From a virus, in IMG/VR virus record IMGVR_UViG_3300024520_000049, positions 110,596 through 174,595 of that record: 64,000 nucleotides of DNA, one strand, 5' to 3'. The notes beneath the pieces were generated by a model. The model worked only from the letters and a program-made list of their open reading frames with translations, ran no database searches and had not been told where the DNA came from. Positions 59,456 through 64,000 of this stretch are shown one piece after another. Every line of letters starts with the position of its first letter. The first letter of the stretch is position 1. Position numbers and translations under genes: made by a program.

Positions 59456-60013
59456 ATGGCATTTAAGAAGAACACTGTGATGATCATGCGAGCGCCCTCG
59501 CAGTGCGGTAAGACACTGTACGCGAACAAGGCCAAAGCCTACCTCGGCTCTGAGGGCGTCGAGTGCAAGATAGTGTCTGCGGACCACTACTTTGTGAATG
59601 AGCACAACGAGTATCGCTTCGACCCGTCGAAGCTCGCCATCGCGCACAATCAGTGCTTTGGCAACTTCATGCGCATCGTGACAAGTAAGCCGGCCTCCCG
59701 CGCACGGGTGGTGATTGTGGACAACACCAACACTCGCCGCTGGGAGTATGAGAACTACAAGCTTCTGGCCCTCCACATGGGCTGGGATGTCGTGCTCTAC
59801 GAGATTCTGCCCGAGACGCGGGAGGGCCTACTAACTGTTCTTGGGCGGTATAATGGGCACGATGTGCCTAAGGAAGTAATCACGCGGCAGTGGGTGGAGT
59901 TCCAGGCGGACTGCTCATCCACAGCGCTGCCTGAAAATCGCACCAAGCGCGTGCGCATCTGGCCGGCATCCATCAACGGCGCTGGGTTGCTAGATAAGAA
60001 GCATTTGCAGTGA
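59456..60013 (+). CDS. AAA_33 / N4BP2-like P-loop (polynucleotide) kinase
   Basis: IMRAPSQCGKT, VSADHYF, AHNQC, VIVDNTNT..WE, GHDVP. Confidence 0.85.
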   Translation: MAFKKNTVMIMRAPSQCGKTLYANKAKAYLGSEGVECKIVSADHYFVNEHNEYRFDPSKLAIAHNQCFGNFMRIVTSKPASRARVVIVDNTNTRRWEYENYKLLALHMGWDVVLYEILPETREGLLTVLGRYNGHDVPKEVITRQWVEFQADCSSTALPENRTKRVRIWPASINGAGLLDKKHLQ

Positions 60014-60858
60014 TTAACGGCATCGAGGATGCTGATGTAACAACCGAACTCCAGGGTTGGTGGTACGCAGAAGAGCTGTGGGAGGGAACGCTGCAGACGG
60101 GGACCCCACGTCATAAAGCACTGGCCGAGAAGGAGCTGGCACGGATCCGTAACGGGATATCAGTTGAGGTCGCACAGATACTTGGAAGGAAGGCGGTGGC
60201 GCAAGCCGAAGCCAAACGCAGGGCAGCTGAAGCTATCGTAGTGCTGCGGCGCGCAGAGGAGGAGGCTGCACGGCGGCACGCTGAAACTCCTCATGAGCGC
60301 ACGCTACGTCTGGCATGCGAAGCTGCTCGAGCACGTATGCGAAAAGAGGCGGACACGCGTTTAGCTGAGATAGAGGAAGAGAAGCGCAAGAAGAAAGAAG
60401 CTCGGCAGCAAATCAGGGCAATGGCGGAGGCGCAGCAGGAGGCGGAGCGGGCTGAGGAGCGTAGACAGGAAGAGGAGATCCTTGAGCGCCGCCGCCAGGC
60501 GCGTTTGCGCGAAGAGGCTGCTAAGATCCGGGACGAGGAGAATTGGCGCAACCACCCTCTCTACAAGTCCGACCGCCCCGGCGCCTACGGCACTCACGAA
60601 CTCTACAAAACCGGGGTGTGCTGTGAGTGTGGTGGTGTACTTATGAGGTACACAGGACCGCAGGGCTACCATTCAGCTGACATAACCTACCTTACACGCA
60701 CGCCCCAGACATGCGTGCATTGTGAGGATCCGTTCTATACGCGGAAGCTGATCTGGCAGTCATACCATACACCAGACCGGAAGCCGGACTTTGAGGAGTC
60801 TAACTTCTGGGAAGATAATCACGCTGACAACGTGATGAAGGCCTACGAAGAGCGGTAA
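60010..60858 (+). CDS. coiled-coil + Zn-ribbon hypothetical protein
   Basis: E/R/A-rich helix; CCEC..CVHC. Confidence 0.65.
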   Translation: MINGIEDADVTTELQGWWYAEELWEGTLQTGTPRHKALAEKELARIRNGISVEVAQILGRKAVAQAEAKRRAAEAIVVLRRAEEEAARRHAETPHERTLRLACEAARARMRKEADTRLAEIEEEKRKKKEARQQIRAMAEAQQEAERAEERRQEEEILERRRQARLREEAAKIRDEENWRNHPLYKSDRPGAYGTHELYKTGVCCECGGVLMRYTGPQGYHSADITYLTRTPQTCVHCEDPFYTRKLIWQSYHTPDRKPDFEESNFWEDNHADNVMKAYEER

Positions 60859-60912
60859 GTGGATCTATTCCGTTTACGGTGATACTATAATAATTAACAA
60901 GGAGACATATAA

Positions 60913-61134
60913 ATGTCAAAGAGAGCGGAACGGCGTGTGCGCCGTGCAGAGAAAGTGAAGATGTTTAGAGAGCAGATCAACGAAGGTCTGAAAGCCACGA
61001 AGGGCAAAGACATGCAGAAGAGGATCAACCAGGTGATGACACGCCTGGCGCGCGCCTTCCCGCAGGAACGCCACCTGCTGACTGAAGCTGCGCGAGCAGA
61101 ATGTCTGGAGTTCGAATTAGACTTGGCGGTGTAA
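60913..61134 (+). CDS. small basic hypothetical protein
   Basis: SD AAGGAG after an AT-rich TATAAT-containing spacer. Confidence 0.6.
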   Translation: MSKRAERRVRRAEKVKMFREQINEGLKATKGKDMQKRINQVMTRLARAFPQERHLLTEAARAECLEFELDLAV

Positions 61135-61145
61135 GCGGCAGAAGG

Positions 61146-61700
61146 ATGACACACGCAGATCTCATCAATGTGACGGCCGACCTCGTAGAGGCGAAAACCT
61201 ATGCGGAGGTTGGCCTGTGCTTTGGCACACGATTTGATGAGGTTGAGATCCCCTCGAAGTACGGCATCGGCCCCGATGCCGCGCTCTCCCCCTACTTCAA
61301 AATGACCGTCGCCGAGTTCCATCGAGCGTACACGGGAGTCTACTTCGACATCCTGTACCTCGATGGTCTTCCTTTAGGGTACAGCGAGTGCAAGCTTAAC
61401 GCCTTCCACAGCCTGGACTGGATGAAGCCGAACAGCGTGTTCGTGATCAGGGGCGTATGGCCACCACGCCGGCATGCGCTCTCACCCGCCGCCCAGGTGT
61501 TCGCGGAGCTGCTGTCCGATGACAAGTGCTCTGGGTTTAGCATCCCGGACGACAACGGCCTGGGCGTGCTGATGCTCCGACGTTCAGTACACCCGCTCCC
61601 GCCGATCGGCTTCAGCCGCAAGTACCTGCGGGAGCACCCAGAAATACTAAACCAGAGCAGGAACTTCGCCGATGGGTGGTTGGAGCTGATGGCACGATGA
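61146..61700 (+). CDS. class I SAM-dependent methyltransferase (Methyltransf_24-like, divergent)
   Basis: TYAEVGLCFG, FDILYLDG, MKPNSVFVI. Confidence 0.65.
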   Translation: MTHADLINVTADLVEAKTYAEVGLCFGTRFDEVEIPSKYGIGPDAALSPYFKMTVAEFHRAYTGVYFDILYLDGLPLGYSECKLNAFHSLDWMKPNSVFVIRGVWPPRRHALSPAAQVFAELLSDDKCSGFSIPDDNGLGVLMLRRSVHPLPPIGFSRKYLREHPEILNQSRNFADGWLELMAR

Positions 61701-62239
61701 CCAAGATAACCTCACGACACCAAGCACTCGCACTGTTCAAGCAGGGGCACTATGGCAACGCCGTACCCTCATGGACTTACAAAGAGTTCATCAACCAGCC
61801 CTTGCCTGGGCTGTTCAGTGTTCGGTACCGCGGGGGGATTGGAGGCAGTGGCATATGTGAATACCTCAAGACCTACAAAGAGGCGCTGGAGATCACACGC
61901 AAGAGCAGCTACCCCAGCAAGAACTTCTTCTACAACCAGAGCTGCCCTGATCACCGCTTGGCGATACAGGGAGAGATGCGCCGCACGGTGCAAGGGCTCT
62001 ACCTATTTTACTCTATGGCGAAGCTGCCGATGCGCGAAGCACTGAAGGATGGCAAACACGCCGAAGGCCTGCGGGCCAAGATGATGCTGGAGCACTTCTG
62101 TGACCCCAGCAGCCTGAATGACATCTACTGGCTTTTGGACAAATACGAAGACGCGAGCTTGGAGTTCACAACGTGGTCATGCTGCTTTGGAACTCTGCCC
62201 AACCGCAACACGGTGGTTTGGGAAGTCCGCCACTATTAA
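61697..62239 (+). CDS. hypothetical phage protein
   Basis: Coupled ORF ending NTVVWEVRHY. Confidence 0.65.
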   Translation: MTKITSRHQALALFKQGHYGNAVPSWTYKEFINQPLPGLFSVRYRGGIGGSGICEYLKTYKEALEITRKSSYPSKNFFYNQSCPDHRLAIQGEMRRTVQGLYLFYSMAKLPMREALKDGKHAEGLRAKMMLEHFCDPSSLNDIYWLLDKYEDASLEFTTWSCCFGTLPNRNTVVWEVRHY

Positions 62240-62434
62240 CAAAGGAGGGGGCGATGATACTTATGGAGCGTCCGGCCGCCATGGCCATTTACCGACCCTT
62301 TCGTGATCTGTACGATGTGGCCCACCACCCGCTGATGCCCAAAGCGGTCGCGCTACGGCGGCGGATAACGGAGAAGACTTCGATGGGTGTTCGTGTTGAG
62401 CTGCAAGCTCAAATCGCAGAGGACTCATTTTTCC

Positions 62435-62524
62435 GCCCCTGATACCACCACAGGCTGACTCCTCCAAGGTCGTCTGTGGAGCCAAACACACAATGACAAA
62501 GCGTCGGTATCAGGGGCTTTTTTT
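62435..62524 (+). terminator. large terminator-like structure with internal hairpin
   Basis: GCCCCTGATACC...GGTATCAGGGGC-TTTTTTT enclosing CCACAGGC/GTCTGTGG. Confidence 0.55.
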
Positions 62525-62624
62525 AACTCAAGGAGAAACACATGGATAGTTTAGCATCACCGGGAGCTGTGCTCCTGCTCTTATTCTTACTGGCCGCGTT
62601 CGGCCTATATAAGTCTAACGGGAA

Positions 62625-63017
62625 ATGATCGACTGGATACCCGTCGACGAGAAGCTGCCCTGCGTGGGGGAGTTCTACCCACCAGATGGCAGTGCCGGCA
62701 CACCGCAGCCAGGCCAGATGGACAGCGAGGACCTGATCCTCACGAACTGTATAGAGATATGGGTCGGCCACTTGACTTACGACCAGGTGCTTGGCGCCGC
62801 CGCGAAATGCTGGCATTGGCGTATCAACGGCCTCGCCCACGGCAGCGATACGCTCGAGATGCAGGAAGTCACACATTGGGCGCGGGGTGAAGGCCAAGTA
62901 CCCTGCCCATGGTGCCACCAGAGCTGGCACCCTCTGGACACGCACGTATGCCTCTGCAGGAAGTGCGGAGAGCCACTAGAAAACACCCAACGAATAGGGA
63001 AACACCTATGCATATAG
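62625..63017 (+). CDS. DUF551-like hypothetical protein with Zn ribbon
   Basis: WIPVDEKLP...VTHW, CPWC..CRKC. Confidence 0.6.
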   Translation: MIDWIPVDEKLPCVGEFYPPDGSAGTPQPGQMDSEDLILTNCIEIWVGHLTYDQVLGAAAKCWHWRINGLAHGSDTLEMQEVTHWARGEGQVPCPWCHQSWHPLDTHVCLCRKCGEPLENTQRIGKHLCI

Positions 63018-63379
63018 GGCCAGACGACCTGAAGATGTTCCAGCCCATCCCAGAGGACCCGATGGTGGCGTACCTGATGCACAAGGACGACGCTGTCAAA
63101 CTCAGGTACGCCAGCAAGATCGACCAGCTCAGGGGACGGATGCAGCAACTGACCGAGAAGTGCGGAGAGCTAAAAGAAGAGCTTCGTCGCCGGCCGCTGC
63201 CAACGCGCTTTACTCTGCTGAAGCGCACTGACGCTGTGGCTGTGGCACATGACACAGGTGACGGCTGGTCCCTGGAGTGGGAAGACCTGGAAGGCGAAAC
63301 CGAAGAGATACCCTGGCCCTTTGGCGAGCACCTCGTGACGTGCGAGGACTTGCGGAAGGTGGGTTTCACGATTGTATGA
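63008..63379 (+). CDS. hypothetical protein
   Basis: Coupled ORF. Confidence 0.55.
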   Translation: MHIGPDDLKMFQPIPEDPMVAYLMHKDDAVKLRYASKIDQLRGRMQQLTEKCGELKEELRRRPLPTRFTLLKRTDAVAVAHDTGDGWSLEWEDLEGETEEIPWPFGEHLVTCEDLRKVGFTIV

Positions 63380-63394
63380 ATGAGGAGGACTTCA

Positions 63395-63562
63395 ATGATT
63401 AGCGTTAAGCGTCAGGTATGGGATCAGATATGGGATCAGATATGGGAGCAGGTAGAGGCTCAAATATCGGCTCAGGTATCGGATCAGGTATCGGATCAGG
63501 TAGAGGGTCCGGTAGAGAATCAGCTAGCTGATCAGGTACGGGGGGATGTAGATGAACAATAA
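63395..63562 (+). CDS. isolated QVWD-repeat micro-gene
   Basis: MISVKRQVWDQIWDQIWEQV...DQVRGD; shares a 21-bp junction with 54653 and 54822. Confidence 0.75.
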   Translation: MISVKRQVWDQIWDQIWEQVEAQISAQVSDQVSDQVEGPVENQLADQVRGDVDEQ

Positions 63563-63576
63563 CGAAAGGACGAATT

Positions 63577-63858
63577 ATGATTGAAGACGACGGACTTAAC
63601 TATTTAGACTCAGCCGTACATGGGCTGGGTAAGGTGAAGCCTCCAGCAGGGAGGATCACCGAGTGGTGGTTCTGGGTTGTGATATGTAACACTGCGCAGA
63701 GAAAGACGTTCAAGACACAGGAGCAGGCCAAAGCGCGCCACGCTGAGTTTGCCCAGGCGCAGATGCGCGCCGAGCACCCGCTCCACTCCGTCACGGTCCA
63801 GCAGGACATCGTGGACGGCATCAATGGTATCATGAACCTCACGGTGCTGCCAGACTGA
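63577..63858 (+). CDS. hypothetical protein
   Basis: SD AAGGA. Confidence 0.55.
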   Translation: MIEDDGLNYLDSAVHGLGKVKPPAGRITEWWFWVVICNTAQRKTFKTQEQAKARHAEFAQAQMRAEHPLHSVTVQQDIVDGINGIMNLTVLPD

Positions 63859-64000
63859 TGCTGCTTTCGGTGCAGCGTCAAGTCAATCATCTACCCTGCA
63901 AGGAAGCCGAGCGGCACCTGTACGAATACTGGCGAGGCTCCACTTGCTTCACGTGGTGGGATTCTGTGTACGAGGCTGTGGACGATGAGGTAGCGGACGT

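Noticed and set aside
1-64000. Alternative genetic code (stop-codon reassignment)
   Set aside because: Conserved genes (polA, recQ, thyA) are intact under code 11 and all three stop codons are used. The micro-ORFs change frame at ATGA overlaps, so they are not fragments of one read-through gene.

Overview
This window looks like part of a large lytic dsDNA bacteriophage genome. It is densely coding, uses the standard genetic code, and almost every gene is on the + strand. No structural genes, integrase, rRNA or CRISPR array are visible. (1) 1-17.6 kb is a replication/recombination module: family A DNA polymerase (5'-truncated), gp32-like SSB, RecA/UvsX, SAM methyltransferase, RecQ, HhH glycosylase, RuvC, glycosyltransferase-like genes and a GP88-like gene. 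(2) 17.7-23 kb holds a Bro-N protein, an i-type-lysozyme-like protein and Zn-ribbon proteins. (3) 23.1-24.7 kb is a mostly non-coding control/RNA locus. It has direct repeats, two CCA-ended tRNA-like RNAs whose anticodon arms are replaced by large structured inserts, a ~220-nt multi-hairpin RNA candidate and phased A-tracts. (4) 24.7-64 kb is an accessory region with thyA, an AAA_33 kinase and many small genes. Its most striking structures are about 60 translationally coupled ~60-75 aa micro-genes at roughly 190-200 bp spacing (conserved MKL/MISV starts and 'QLEED' ends, hypervariable cores) arranged around a DUF6745 gene and its RQGD partner, and three to four tandem cassettes encoding Zn-finger + (ANxTPEQ)n repeat proteins. 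Functional calls come from motif recognition only; no database search or folding program was run.
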